From the IMG/VR virus record IMGVR_UViG_3300030382_003361, positions 1 through 63,560 of that record: a stretch of 63,560 nucleotides of DNA; one strand, 5' to 3'. A program made the translations under genes and the position numbers. Positions 54,571 through 63,560 of the stretch are shown one piece after another. The notes beneath the pieces are model-generated. The model was not told where the DNA came from, ran no database searches, and saw only the letters and a program-made list of their open reading frames with translations. Every line of letters begins with the position of its first letter. Positions within the stretch are counted from its first letter, which is position 1. This stretch comes from a virus. Lineage: Duplodnaviria; Caudoviricetes.

Positions 54571-57500
54571 TGTTTGAAGATAAAACCATAGAAGAAGTAG
54601 AGCAGTTATTAGCCGACTATATAGCCACTGTAGATAATCCTGAATATGGAGGCGATATGGAGGTGATAAACTCTAAATTTCCAGAATTTCAAAATGTAGA
54701 CCCTCAGTTGTTAGAAGATTATATTGCTACTTATAATAATCCTGAATATGGGGGAAATATAGAGATTATTAATTCTAAATTTCCAGAATTTTTTGAAGGG
54801 TTAAAAAAAAAAGACGCTGGCGTGGTTACTTCGGAAACGGAAGGTATGGAATCCGTTACACCTCAAGAAGGGGAAGAAGTTATCTCATCGGATGCTTCGC
54901 AAGTAACTACAACTGAATCTCCTGAAGGAGAAGTAACCGAAGATGTTACTCTCGAATCACAAACCGTTATTCCTGAAGATGAAGATGAGGAGGAGATTGA
55001 AGGAATGGAAACCTATGTCAGTCCTTATGCGACAGGTGAGGGAGAAAAAAATACCTGGATAGAAGACTTCGCAGGTAAAAATGAGTTAACAGATTTTTTT
55101 GGAGATATATATAGAAGCTGGGATGCAGGCCAAGCTCAAGGAGGTAGTATAGATGAAAGTTTAGAGTTATGGGCAAAAGGAGATAACGCTACAGACGAAG
55201 ATATTGAAGCTTTTTTAGCAGCGCAAGAGCGTATGCAGTCCAAAGGAGAGTCCGATGAAATGCGTGACTTTAATAAAATATATCAAGCAGAAGATGGAGG
55301 TTGGTGGGGATTTATTAAAGGGGTAGCCGCTAACCCTACCGTTATTCCTCAACTTTTTACATCTTCAGTAAGCGCTATGGTTAATCCAGCTGTCTTAGCA
55401 GCAGGGGCAGGAGGAGCAGCAGTAGGAGCAGGGATTGGATCAACAGGGTTTAGCGCAGGACCCTTAGGAGTATTTACTACTGCAGGAGGAGCTATTGCGG
55501 GAGGAATGGGCGCTATGGGTGCAACTTTAGAAACAGGATTAACATTTTCTGAACTACTTTTAGAAGAGTTAGGAGATAAACCTATGACTAAAGAGAATGT
55601 AAGAAAAGTTTTACAAGACCCGGAGGCTATGGCCAGTATCAGAAGAAAAGCTTTAGGAAGAGGATTAACTATTGGGGCGGTAGATGCAATCTCAGCAGGA
55701 GTTGCGAGTAAAGTCACTGCGGGAACTATTAAGGCGGTTAGAAAAGGGAAGAAAGTAAAAAAATTAGCAACGATGGCAGGAACGGCTGCTGGAGGAACAG
55801 TAGAGGCGGTAGGGGGATCTACAGGAGAAGTGGCTGGTAGGTTAGTTGCAGGACAAGAAATGGATGTGGCTGAAATTGGTTTTGAAGGAATAGCTGGAAC
55901 AGCAACCGCACCACTTACCATAGGGTATGGTATATATAAAGCTAACCGTGGACCTGTATCAAAAGCGCAAATAGAAGATATACTGGACAATGGATCAGAC
56001 GAAGATATTGCTGGGGTAAACTTAGAAATAATCAATGACCCTGAATTAAAACAAAGAGCTGCAGATGCTAAGGAAAATATAAAAACAGAAACACGATTAC
56101 GAGGGGAATTTGAGGAGGCGGGAATTACCGATGAAAATGATATAAATGAATTACTGGATTTAGAAAAACAAAAAGAAAAATTAGAAGGAGCTACCTCTGA
56201 GACAGCAAAAAATCGAGTAAAACAGATTGTTGATCAAATAGAGGCAGTTATACAAAAAGGAGCTTTCAGAAAGAAAGCAGTGGAAGAGACTACGGAGCAA
56301 ACTACTGAAGAAACGATTGAAACCCAGAGAGAAGAAGAATTAGAAGAGCATATAGATAAATTTTTTACTGAAGATAAAGAGACTGGTAATAGAGTAGGGC
56401 CAAATCCTGATACTCAACCTGAATTATACAATGAAGAAATTAAGAAGAGGGATGATATTAATAAGAAATATGATGAATTATTAACCGAAAAAAAGAAACA
56501 AGATGCCATTCAAAAGCAAAGCACAGAAACGCTGGATGTTCAAGAACAAACCCCAGATGGCCAAAGAGTGGGCGAACGAGACGCCCCAGTGGCTGAGGTT
56601 ACCCGAGAGAGTGAAACGGAAATTGAAACCGATACTCAACCGCCAACGCAAGAGGAAGTAGCTGTTCAAGAGGAAGCTAAAGATTTACAAACATTATTAG
56701 AAGAACAAGAAACAGTTCCTACTCCAGAAGCTGAAGTCACAACCCAAGAAACAGCAGTAGAAGTAGACACCGAGGCAGGAACAGTAGGCGTAACACGAAG
56801 CGATGGAACAAAAGTGGTATTAAAAGGATCAAGTGTCGCTCCTAATGTACAGATTACTGAACAAACTACTGAACAGACAAAAACAGGAAAGATTGGAAAT
56901 ATTTTAGTAGCCAAAGCGAAGAATGCAGGGAAGGCAATAGCTAAATTATTACCTGGCGCAAATATTGTTATTCATGCCACAGAAAAAGCCTATAACCAAG
57001 CGGTTGCTGAGAACGCAAAAGGATCAAGGGGTGCTTATTCAGGAAACACTAATACTATCCATATTAACGCTAATAAGGCTAATGCTAAAACCCTAACACA
57101 TGAAGTTTTTCACGCTATCCTTAAAAATAAACTAAAGTCAGAGGTAAATATACAGGCGGTAACTAAACGAATGGTGAATGCTGTTTCAAAAAGCCTAAAG
57201 AATAGACCTAAATTAAAAGCAATGTTGGATAAATACGCTTCTAATTTTGCAGAAAATCTTCAGAGCGAAGAAAAATTAGCGGAATTAGTAGGAGCTTTAG
57301 CTGACGATTTTACTAAATTAGATGCTCCTACCAGAAGTCTCGTAAAGCGATGGTTAGATAAAATAGCACAAACTTTTGGCATTACTACTGAAACTCAATC
57401 TGTTCAAGATACTATTGACCTTTTAAATACTATTGCGGAAAAAGTATCTACAGGACAAGAGGTTACAAAAAAAGATGTGAAGAGTGTTAAAAAAAGAAAA

Positions 57501-60500
57501 CCGAAAAAGAAATCTAAAACCAAAAAATCTCCAGATGATGAAATGAGAGAGGCTTACGAACAACGAGAGAAGCAATTAGAGAAAGAGATGCAAGGAGAAA
57601 CAGGACTAAAGGGTCCTGTGAGTTACATCGAACAACAAATCCACGATTATTTTGGGGGGATAACCAGAGAAGACTTTGACCAATTTGGTGATCGTAATTT
57701 AAGAAGTAGAGCTTTAAACTTTTTATTAAGAAAAGAAGCCTCTCCTATTGACGCTCAAGCTATGGAGATAAGTGAGATGGCGGGTGTAGAGATTACCCCT
57801 CAAGACATTGTAGATTACATGGTGGACCGAGTAAATAGCCCAGGAAAATATGCTCAAGCAAAAACACAAGCTCTTACAGGGCTGGCTAAATTAGCAGCGG
57901 ATTATAATATGAATCCTCGAGGGTTTATGCCTGCTAATATCCATAATTTATACGCTCTTAAAAAGGCAGCCCAAGAATTTGGAGCAGAAGTGAAGGCGGG
58001 TATAATAAGAGAAGGATATAGAAAAGGCGAAGTGGCAGGGTATTATTTTACTAAAGGCGGGAGATTTCTTAATCCTATAGCTCAAGATAAAACCCAAGCA
58101 ATTAAAGGAGAGAATGCAAAAAAAGTAACTGATCAAAAAGATAATGTAGCAAACATTATACAGACAGCCCGTGAAAATAATTTTAGTGATGCGGCTATTA
58201 AGAAGTATTTAAGCGATGTAAAAGGGCTTACTGAAGCTGAGGTTACTACCGCCTTAGAAGTTCAAACTAAACTGTTAGAAAAAATTCCAACCACTTTTAC
58301 AGCTGTAGAGGGAGGGTTGGCTCAGGGATTAAAACTATTTAATGAAGTTAAATCTGAGTTAAAAAAGTTTGCTGCTGATAAGAAAAATAGCTTAGGAGAT
58401 GTTAGAGCTAAGGCTATGGAATTAATGCAAAACCATGAGATATTCCAAAAGCAACCTGATCAAATTCAACAAGAATTAATAAGCTCCTTTGATAGAACTT
58501 TAGGAACTCAAGCTAACCCTAATGTACAAAAGCAAATCAGCGAAATAAGAAATGATATTAAACAACGAAAAGCAGGAGCAAAAAATCTTAAAGCTGCCCA
58601 AACTAAAGTGAAGAATTTTATTCGTAGAACCCTTCCTGCATCTAAAACCTACACCCAAGCTCAAATTAACAAGTTAGTAAGTTTAGTAAGTAATAGTACA
58701 GAAACCAACTTCCAACAACAAAGCGAAAAAGTATTACAGATTGTAGATCAAGAGCGTGCTAAGATGAAGAAAGGAGCTCTTAAAAAGATTCTTGATTTAG
58801 TAAAAGCGAAAGCTAAAAAACGAAGATTAGGAAGTAAAAAAGTTAGAAGTAAAGGTCTGGACGCAGAAGGTCAAGGGTTTTTTGCAGCTGTAAAACCTAT
58901 ATTAGAAGCGGCTATAAAACAAGACGCAGATACGCTGGCGGCAATTAAAAACAGATTAGATGAAAACGAATCGGTTATTGATGAGGCGTTACAGAAAGAG
59001 TTAAGAGGAGAAAAGCTGACGGCTAATGAACAGAAGCTGTTAGACGAGGCATTTGCGTATGATACTTTTGCAGAAGTAAGTGCCATGCAAGTAGAAGATG
59101 TTGAAGTGTTACTTCAGGGATTAAAGGATGTGAGAACAGAATCTATTAAGAGGTTATCCAGCAGACGATTGGCCAGAGCTAAAGCTAACGAAAGAATGAC
59201 ATCTCAAGCTGATAAACAAATCCAAGAGGACTATGGAATATTATATAATGAAGACGGAACTCTTAAGTCAGAAAATCAACTGCGGAATGAGAAGAATGAA
59301 ATATGGAACAATTTCAAAAAATTAAAGATATGGTCGGGAATAAAACAATGGGCGGCTCGAACAGACTTCACTTCCACCACAGGAATCTTTGATTGGTTTA
59401 GAAACCGTTTATTTCATTTAGGCACTCTTACTAATATATTAGACAGAACCCATAAAAAAAACACCTTCTTTAGAGATAGCATCTACCGTCCTTTAAATCG
59501 GATGAATGAAAAAGCCGTAGGAGGACATCAATCGGAACGAACGAAGTTAGACGCTCTGGCTAATACTATTGAGGGTGTAACCCGGGGGGTAAGACAAATT
59601 GTAGGAAATTTAGCTACAGGAGTTCATCATCTTACAGGAATGCCTAAAGCCCTTTCAGGGCCTTATAATGCTGATCAATTATTAAGAATATACGCTTTAA
59701 GTAAAAACGATATACAGAGAGCGAAGTTAGAAAAAATGGGAATTGGCCCTACCCAGCTCGCGCAAATTGAAGGGATTGTTGGGCCAGAGGCCGTGCAATT
59801 CGCAGATAAAGTAGTAGATTATTTAAGTAATACCTACTTTGACAGTGTTAATTCCGTATACTCACAAACCAATGATGTAAATTTAGGATATGTACCCAAC
59901 TACTTCCCCACAAAAACCGCCCAGACTAATGTGGATGGAAAACTATTAGAAGATGGAAATTTTAACGGTATATTTAATGAAGAAACCGCGCCTGCTCTTA
60001 AAGAAAGAATAGATAGGACAGGAGAGATTGATTTAAAAGGAAACTTTATCGAGGTATTAGATAACCATTTTCAGTCGATGGAGAAATATAAGGCCTTTGC
60101 AGAGGGAGTAAAAAAACTAAACTCTTTATTTAAAATAAAATCTGTTAACACTTTAGTAGAACAAACAGGATTAAAGTCTGCTATCAAAACAGCTATAAAT
60201 TTTGTTGTTAATCCTAATTCTGGCCCTCAGATTCCACCAACTCTAATCAATAGAGCTATGAGTAAATTTACATCCTATGCTTTAGCTTTTAAATTGATTC
60301 AAATCCCTAAACAAGCGTCTTCTTTTATTACAGCTTTTGAGAACTATAGTTTTAGAGGAGAAGGAAAACCATATATCCCAGGTATGGATACTCTTGGGTT
60401 TATGATGGACACCGCTTATTTAATCGCCACCCTCCCTATGCAAATTAAAAAAGCTTACGGGATATCTGCGGAATTTAGAAATAGAATAAAACAAGGATTA

Positions 60501-61610
60501 GAAGGGGATATTTACGGATTAGCATCTGGAGCAAAAACATTTAAACCTGTGCGAAAAGGGTCAGGTTTCTGGGCTAAAGCCGTCCAAGCACTAAGAACTG
60601 GCGCTGCGGCCCCAACTATATTAGGTGATATATTAGGGGTAATGGGGTATATGATTAATTACAATCGAAACATTGCTAACGGCATGAGTAAAGCAGAAGC
60701 ATTAGAAGCCTTCAACGATTACAATGCGACTCAGCAAACCAGAAGAGGAACAGAAAAAATTCCTTTACAAATGGATCAACATGCTATAAGCCGTTCTTTT
60801 ACTATGTTTGGAAGCACTCTTTTTCTACAACTTAATAAAGTTTCCTCTACTTTTACTAATGTGATGAGGGCACTAAAAGACGGGAAACCCCCCAGGACAC
60901 AAGATCTTAGAGGGTTTATACTAAATTATTCAGCAGCCAATATGATGTTTATGGGAATTGCTAATATCGCTAAGTTTATTGAGGGAGAGGATGAGGATAG
61001 AGAAGACGCATTAGACGCCGTGCGAGACGCAGGATTAGGACTTAATATTATTTATCAAATTCCGTTATTAGGGGCGGCAGTAGAGACTATGGTTAACAAA
61101 GCGACGGACTCGAGAAAACCTGTGAGTGATGTAGTAAATCCTTATATCAATGTGTTTAGAAAAATTAGTAAGGGAATTGACGACAAGAGCGTGTTTAGAG
61201 TCATCCAGCCGTTTATTGAGTTAGTGTTGGGAGCCCAAATGGATCCTTTTATTGCGCTCTATAACGGCCTAAGTGGTGATGATATTATATCCGATAAAGA
61301 GGGTTTTGATGAGAGTAATGTGTATGATATATTAGGAATCAGTAAGTCATACCGACCAAAAGAACATATACAAAAACCTCCTACTGCGCAAGAAATGAAA
61401 ATATACAAGAAAGAAAACCCTGAGCTTTATTTACAATTACTTGAGCTTTACCCTCCTGAGGATAAAAAAACAGAGAGCATGAAGCAGCGAGAGAAAAATC
61501 TCAAGAAAGAAAACCCTGAACTTTATTTACAATTAAAAGAGCAAGGAACCCTTAAAGAACACTTAAGAAAAAAACGCAAGAAAGACGAAAAAGAATGGGA
61601 AATATTTTAA
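54570..61610 (+). CDS. Giant (2346 aa) ejected/polyvalent protein with zincin-like HEXXH domain
   Basis: Gly/Ala hydrophobic helices; IHIN...THEVFH...EEKLAE. Confidence 0.75.
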   Translation: MFEDKTIEEVEQLLADYIATVDNPEYGGDMEVINSKFPEFQNVDPQLLEDYIATYNNPEYGGNIEIINSKFPEFFEGLKKKDAGVVTSETEGMESVTPQEGEEVISSDASQVTTTESPEGEVTEDVTLESQTVIPEDEDEEEIEGMETYVSPYATGEGEKNTWIEDFAGKNELTDFFGDIYRSWDAGQAQGGSIDESLELWAKGDNATDEDIEAFLAAQERMQSKGESDEMRDFNKIYQAEDGGWWGFIKGVAANPTVIPQLFTSSVSAMVNPAVLAAGAGGAAVGAGIGSTGFSAGPLGVFTTAGGAIAGGMGAMGATLETGLTFSELLLEELGDKPMTKENVRKVLQDPEAMASIRRKALGRGLTIGAVDAISAGVASKVTAGTIKAVRKGKKVKKLATMAGTAAGGTVEAVGGSTGEVAGRLVAGQEMDVAEIGFEGIAGTATAPLTIGYGIYKANRGPVSKAQIEDILDNGSDEDIAGVNLEIINDPELKQRAADAKENIKTETRLRGEFEEAGITDENDINELLDLEKQKEKLEGATSETAKNRVKQIVDQIEAVIQKGAFRKKAVEETTEQTTEETIETQREEELEEHIDKFFTEDKETGNRVGPNPDTQPELYNEEIKKRDDINKKYDELLTEKKKQDAIQKQSTETLDVQEQTPDGQRVGERDAPVAEVTRESETEIETDTQPPTQEEVAVQEEAKDLQTLLEEQETVPTPEAEVTTQETAVEVDTEAGTVGVTRSDGTKVVLKGSSVAPNVQITEQTTEQTKTGKIGNILVAKAKNAGKAIAKLLPGANIVIHATEKAYNQAVAENAKGSRGAYSGNTNTIHINANKANAKTLTHEVFHAILKNKLKSEVNIQAVTKRMVNAVSKSLKNRPKLKAMLDKYASNFAENLQSEEKLAELVGALADDFTKLDAPTRSLVKRWLDKIAQTFGITTETQSVQDTIDLLNTIAEKVSTGQEVTKKDVKSVKKRKPKKKSKTKKSPDDEMREAYEQREKQLEKEMQGETGLKGPVSYIEQQIHDYFGGITREDFDQFGDRNLRSRALNFLLRKEASPIDAQAMEISEMAGVEITPQDIVDYMVDRVNSPGKYAQAKTQALTGLAKLAADYNMNPRGFMPANIHNLYALKKAAQEFGAEVKAGIIREGYRKGEVAGYYFTKGGRFLNPIAQDKTQAIKGENAKKVTDQKDNVANIIQTARENNFSDAAIKKYLSDVKGLTEAEVTTALEVQTKLLEKIPTTFTAVEGGLAQGLKLFNEVKSELKKFAADKKNSLGDVRAKAMELMQNHEIFQKQPDQIQQELISSFDRTLGTQANPNVQKQISEIRNDIKQRKAGAKNLKAAQTKVKNFIRRTLPASKTYTQAQINKLVSLVSNSTETNFQQQSEKVLQIVDQERAKMKKGALKKILDLVKAKAKKRRLGSKKVRSKGLDAEGQGFFAAVKPILEAAIKQDADTLAAIKNRLDENESVIDEALQKELRGEKLTANEQKLLDEAFAYDTFAEVSAMQVEDVEVLLQGLKDVRTESIKRLSSRRLARAKANERMTSQADKQIQEDYGILYNEDGTLKSENQLRNEKNEIWNNFKKLKIWSGIKQWAARTDFTSTTGIFDWFRNRLFHLGTLTNILDRTHKKNTFFRDSIYRPLNRMNEKAVGGHQSERTKLDALANTIEGVTRGVRQIVGNLATGVHHLTGMPKALSGPYNADQLLRIYALSKNDIQRAKLEKMGIGPTQLAQIEGIVGPEAVQFADKVVDYLSNTYFDSVNSVYSQTNDVNLGYVPNYFPTKTAQTNVDGKLLEDGNFNGIFNEETAPALKERIDRTGEIDLKGNFIEVLDNHFQSMEKYKAFAEGVKKLNSLFKIKSVNTLVEQTGLKSAIKTAINFVVNPNSGPQIPPTLINRAMSKFTSYALAFKLIQIPKQASSFITAFENYSFRGEGKPYIPGMDTLGFMMDTAYLIATLPMQIKKAYGISAEFRNRIKQGLEGDIYGLASGAKTFKPVRKGSGFWAKAVQALRTGAAAPTILGDILGVMGYMINYNRNIANGMSKAEALEAFNDYNATQQTRRGTEKIPLQMDQHAISRSFTMFGSTLFLQLNKVSSTFTNVMRALKDGKPPRTQDLRGFILNYSAANMMFMGIANIAKFIEGEDEDREDALDAVRDAGLGLNIIYQIPLLGAAVETMVNKATDSRKPVSDVVNPYINVFRKISKGIDDKSVFRVIQPFIELVLGAQMDPFIALYNGLSGDDIISDKEGFDESNVYDILGISKSYRPKEHIQKPPTAQEMKIYKKENPELYLQLLELYPPEDKKTESMKQREKNLKKENPELYLQLKEQGTLKEHLRKKRKKDEKEWEIF
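56503..56661 (+). CDS. Nested +1-frame 52-aa basic protein of MPFKSKAQ type
   Basis: MPFKSKAQKRWMFKNKPQMAKEWANETPQWLRLPERVKRKLKPILNRQRKRK; A-rich leader. Confidence 0.7.
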   Translation: MPFKSKAQKRWMFKNKPQMAKEWANETPQWLRLPERVKRKLKPILNRQRKRK

Positions 61611-61611
61611 G

Positions 61612-61854
61612 ATGAACCACTTTGATGAAGCTTCTTGCATGAACTACAGCTACCAACTTCTTACTGGTAGAAAAACTATGGAAGACTTACTTGATGAGAC
61701 AGACAATCTTATGATTATTTTTAATCCTGAACGCCCTCATGTGGTGATGATAGAAGATGTTTACGATGTGCTTATTGAGTATTTTATAACAACTGAAGAG
61801 TATGAAAAATGCGCCGAACTAAAGGTGATTAAAGAACAGTCTCTTCTTCCGTAG
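61612..61854 (+). CDS. Small protein with UvrB/C-like C-terminal motif
   Basis: EEYEKCAELK. Confidence 0.65.
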   Translation: MNHFDEASCMNYSYQLLTGRKTMEDLLDETDNLMIIFNPERPHVVMIEDVYDVLIEYFITTEEYEKCAELKVIKEQSLLP

Positions 61855-62062
61855 TGTTAGAATTAATTTCTTTTTCTATCTCTGCTAATAACTGGGTAGC
61901 CGTATAAATAGGCAATTTATGACTATAATTTTTATATATCTGAGTAAAATTGTTAGCTTTCTTATCCCAGGTCCAAAATGTATTGACCTTTCTTTTAGCA
62001 TTGTGTCGTAATACCCACTTTATTGTTTTATAGTTCATCTTCGGTTTTGATTTGGTCTTCAT
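61829..62062 (-). CDS. Hypothetical protein
   Basis: Last gene of leftward arm; start may be 62038. Confidence 0.6.
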   Translation of the reverse strand: MKTKSKPKMNYKTIKWVLRHNAKRKVNTFWTWDKKANNFTQIYKNYSHKLPIYTATQLLAEIEKEINSNTTEEETVL

Positions 62063-62411
62063 GGTTTCTATTTCGGTTATACTGATCTACTAAGAAATTT
62101 TTATCGTAGTTTTTGCGCTCCGCTTCTAATTTGTAGTATAAAAAAGATTGAAAGCCGCTTACATGAGAGTCTGTAGGGAAAAAATACTTCCAACCCTTGG
62201 ATTTTCCTTTAACAATGTAATAACAAAACGCCACCCCTATTTTACCCGTGGATTTTCTAAAGTTGATTACGGCCGTATGGTCTGAGGTGGGTATTATTTC
62301 ATCTACCGAAAAAGATTCATTATTCCCATTACCTACTCTATCTGTATACGAGAAACGTGTAGCAATTGTTTCACTAAACACTCTTAATTCTTTAGCTATT
62401 ATTTTTTGCAT
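62028..62411 (-). CDS. Hypothetical protein
   Basis: Packed ORF. Confidence 0.7.
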   Translation of the reverse strand: MQKIIAKELRVFSETIATRFSYTDRVGNGNNESFSVDEIIPTSDHTAVINFRKSTGKIGVAFCYYIVKGKSKGWKYFFPTDSHVSGFQSFLYYKLEAERKNYDKNFLVDQYNRNRNHEDQIKTEDEL

Positions 62412-62433
62412 GGCCAGATCACTACTATTTTTT

Positions 62434-63153
62434 TCATAACTTCATTAAACAATTAATAGCTGTATGTCCTCCTAAAATTACCGCGCATCCTATTGCTTGT
62501 TTCTTAAAATGGCGGGCGTAGGCCGCCCCATAGGTGGTGCAGTCGATTCCACATCCTACCTGCATTCCAAAGACCCTAAAATTCCTACCCACCAACCACT
62601 CACAGTACGCCTGGGTATGGATATGGCCCTGAACGGTTGACATCATATCGTTTTTTGCTTTAGTCCTCGCAGTGCCTCCTTCTCCATGCACATATTGCAC
62701 ATTATCATATACCACTCTTTCTGTCCAGTTCCAGCTCGTTCCTAATACTTCATTGTAAGATTTTATCCATTGGCTGGGGATATCCGAAGTTTGAGCCTTC
62801 CTCATAATCATACGGTCATGATTTCCGATTACCACATCGGCGACCGGGAATGCTTTACACCACTTTTTAATACCTTCTGCCGCTTTTTCTAATTCATCAG
62901 CCCCACCCAAACCATCTGCCGAAGTTTCATGGTATGAACTGTAATGATTATCCAGTAAATCCCCAATAAATATGACTTGATTACAATTATATTTGGCATA
63001 GGTTTGAATAGCGAACTGATGATATCCTTTTAACTCGAAAGGGCAATGTAAATCTCCCACCACTAAAATCCTTCTCTCGTCTGCGGTAATATGCTCATAG
63101 GCAACGCGTCTATTACCGCTTAAACGAGGCCGTGTCTCTGTGTTAGATTTCAT
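62434..63153 (-). CDS. Calcineurin-like metallophosphoesterase
   Basis: GDLH, GDLLD, GNHD, HG, GHIH. Confidence 0.9.
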   Translation of the reverse strand: MKSNTETRPRLSGNRRVAYEHITADERRILVVGDLHCPFELKGYHQFAIQTYAKYNCNQVIFIGDLLDNHYSSYHETSADGLGGADELEKAAEGIKKWCKAFPVADVVIGNHDRMIMRKAQTSDIPSQWIKSYNEVLGTSWNWTERVVYDNVQYVHGEGGTARTKAKNDMMSTVQGHIHTQAYCEWLVGRNFRVFGMQVGCGIDCTTYGAAYARHFKKQAIGCAVILGGHTAINCLMKL

Positions 63154-63327
63154 CTGAAAGTGATTGAATTAAATCGGCTAATACTTTTATTAGCTCTTGT
63201 GCTTTTTTCTTAGCATGTCTCTTTCCATTAAAGCCTCGTAGAGTTCGTCTCCAAAGTCATGAACGCTCCGACATACAAAATTAATATGAGCAATAGAGCG
63301 GGTATCTTCTTTTTTTATGGGTGACAT
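63143..63327 (-). pseudogene. Small gene apparently frameshifted near 63215-63220
   Basis: Frame 1 MSPIKKED...LMER stops at 63190; a second frame HAKKKAQELIKVLADLIQSLSDEI runs to 63143; -7 box at 63349-63356. Confidence 0.45.
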
Positions 63328-63409
63328 TTTACGCACATAGTATACAGACAAAATTAACATTTTGCTCGCTAATACAACACTCCTTACGCAAAAGTTATGA
63401 GCACGGATA

Positions 63410-63553
63410 TTAACAGTCAGTAGAATGGGTAAAAACTAAATCTAAATTCATTAAATCTAAATACTCATCCATAGGAACTAACTGAAGATCCGACAGGATA
63501 GGGTCGTATTCGTCTGGCTGTATTACTTCTATTGCGAAAGTGACAGGGTGATT
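63410..63553 (-). CDS. 3' part of the junction-spanning gene
   Basis: NHPVTFAIEV...THSTDC* in frame with 207..1 after removing the 7-nt duplication. Confidence 0.75.
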   Translation of the reverse strand, partial: NHPVTFAIEVIQPDEYDPILSDLQLVPMDEYLDLMNLDLVFTHSTDC

Positions 63554-63560
63554 ATCCTTA

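Larger units (their letters stand above)
1..63560. mobile_element. Complete circularly permuted phage genome (podovirus-type, Bacteroidota host inferred)
   Basis: Terminase/portal/capsid/tail/lysis/replication genes; 7-nt terminal duplication with ORF continuity; no integrase or host housekeeping genes seen. Confidence 0.92.

Noticed and set aside
55349-56035. 228-aa antisense ORF
   Set aside because: Shadow of the Gly/Ala-rich segment of the giant gene
54570-61610. Giant protein as a crAss-like virion RNA polymerase
   Set aside because: No DxDGD/DFDxD catalytic motif seen, and host-type promoters are used
1-63560. Stop-codon recoding, tRNAs, DGR/retron, integrase, introns or inteins
   Set aside because: Genes are dense and intact in code 11 with TAA, TAG and TGA all used as stops; no cloverleaf, RT, recombinase or splice motifs recognised by eye

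Overview
An apparently complete, circularly assembled dsDNA tailed-phage genome of about 63.55 kb. The last 7 nt (ATCCTTA) duplicate the first 7, and removing the duplicate restores one intact ORF across the junction. Numerous TAnnTTTG promoter boxes and A-rich, SD-less start regions point to a Bacteroidota (probably Flavobacteriia) host. Gene content resembles Cellulophaga phi38:1/phi40:1-type podoviruses. The minus-strand arm (about 61.8 kb through the junction to 15.3 kb) holds many small early genes, a C5 methyltransferase, Sak/exonuclease/SSB, a primase-helicase, an SF2 helicase and a VRR-NUC; no DNA or RNA polymerase was recognised. The plus-strand arm (16.0-61.9 kb) holds GroEL/GroES, an envelope module, lysis genes, a 2OG-Fe(II) oxygenase and a flavin halogenase, terminase, portal, scaffold, capsid, tail and three ejection-type proteins. 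Main unexplained signals: (1) two small basic genes, missed by the ORF track, nested in the +1 frame of acidic linkers of the scaffold and the giant virion protein, one MPFKSKAQ-type and one with an ArfA-like motif; (2) two spacing-conserved GTGTCG iteron loci 12.3 kb apart; (3) a microsatellite block at the strand switch; (4) a small beta module reused in four structural proteins. All product calls come from motif recognition by eye; no searches were run.
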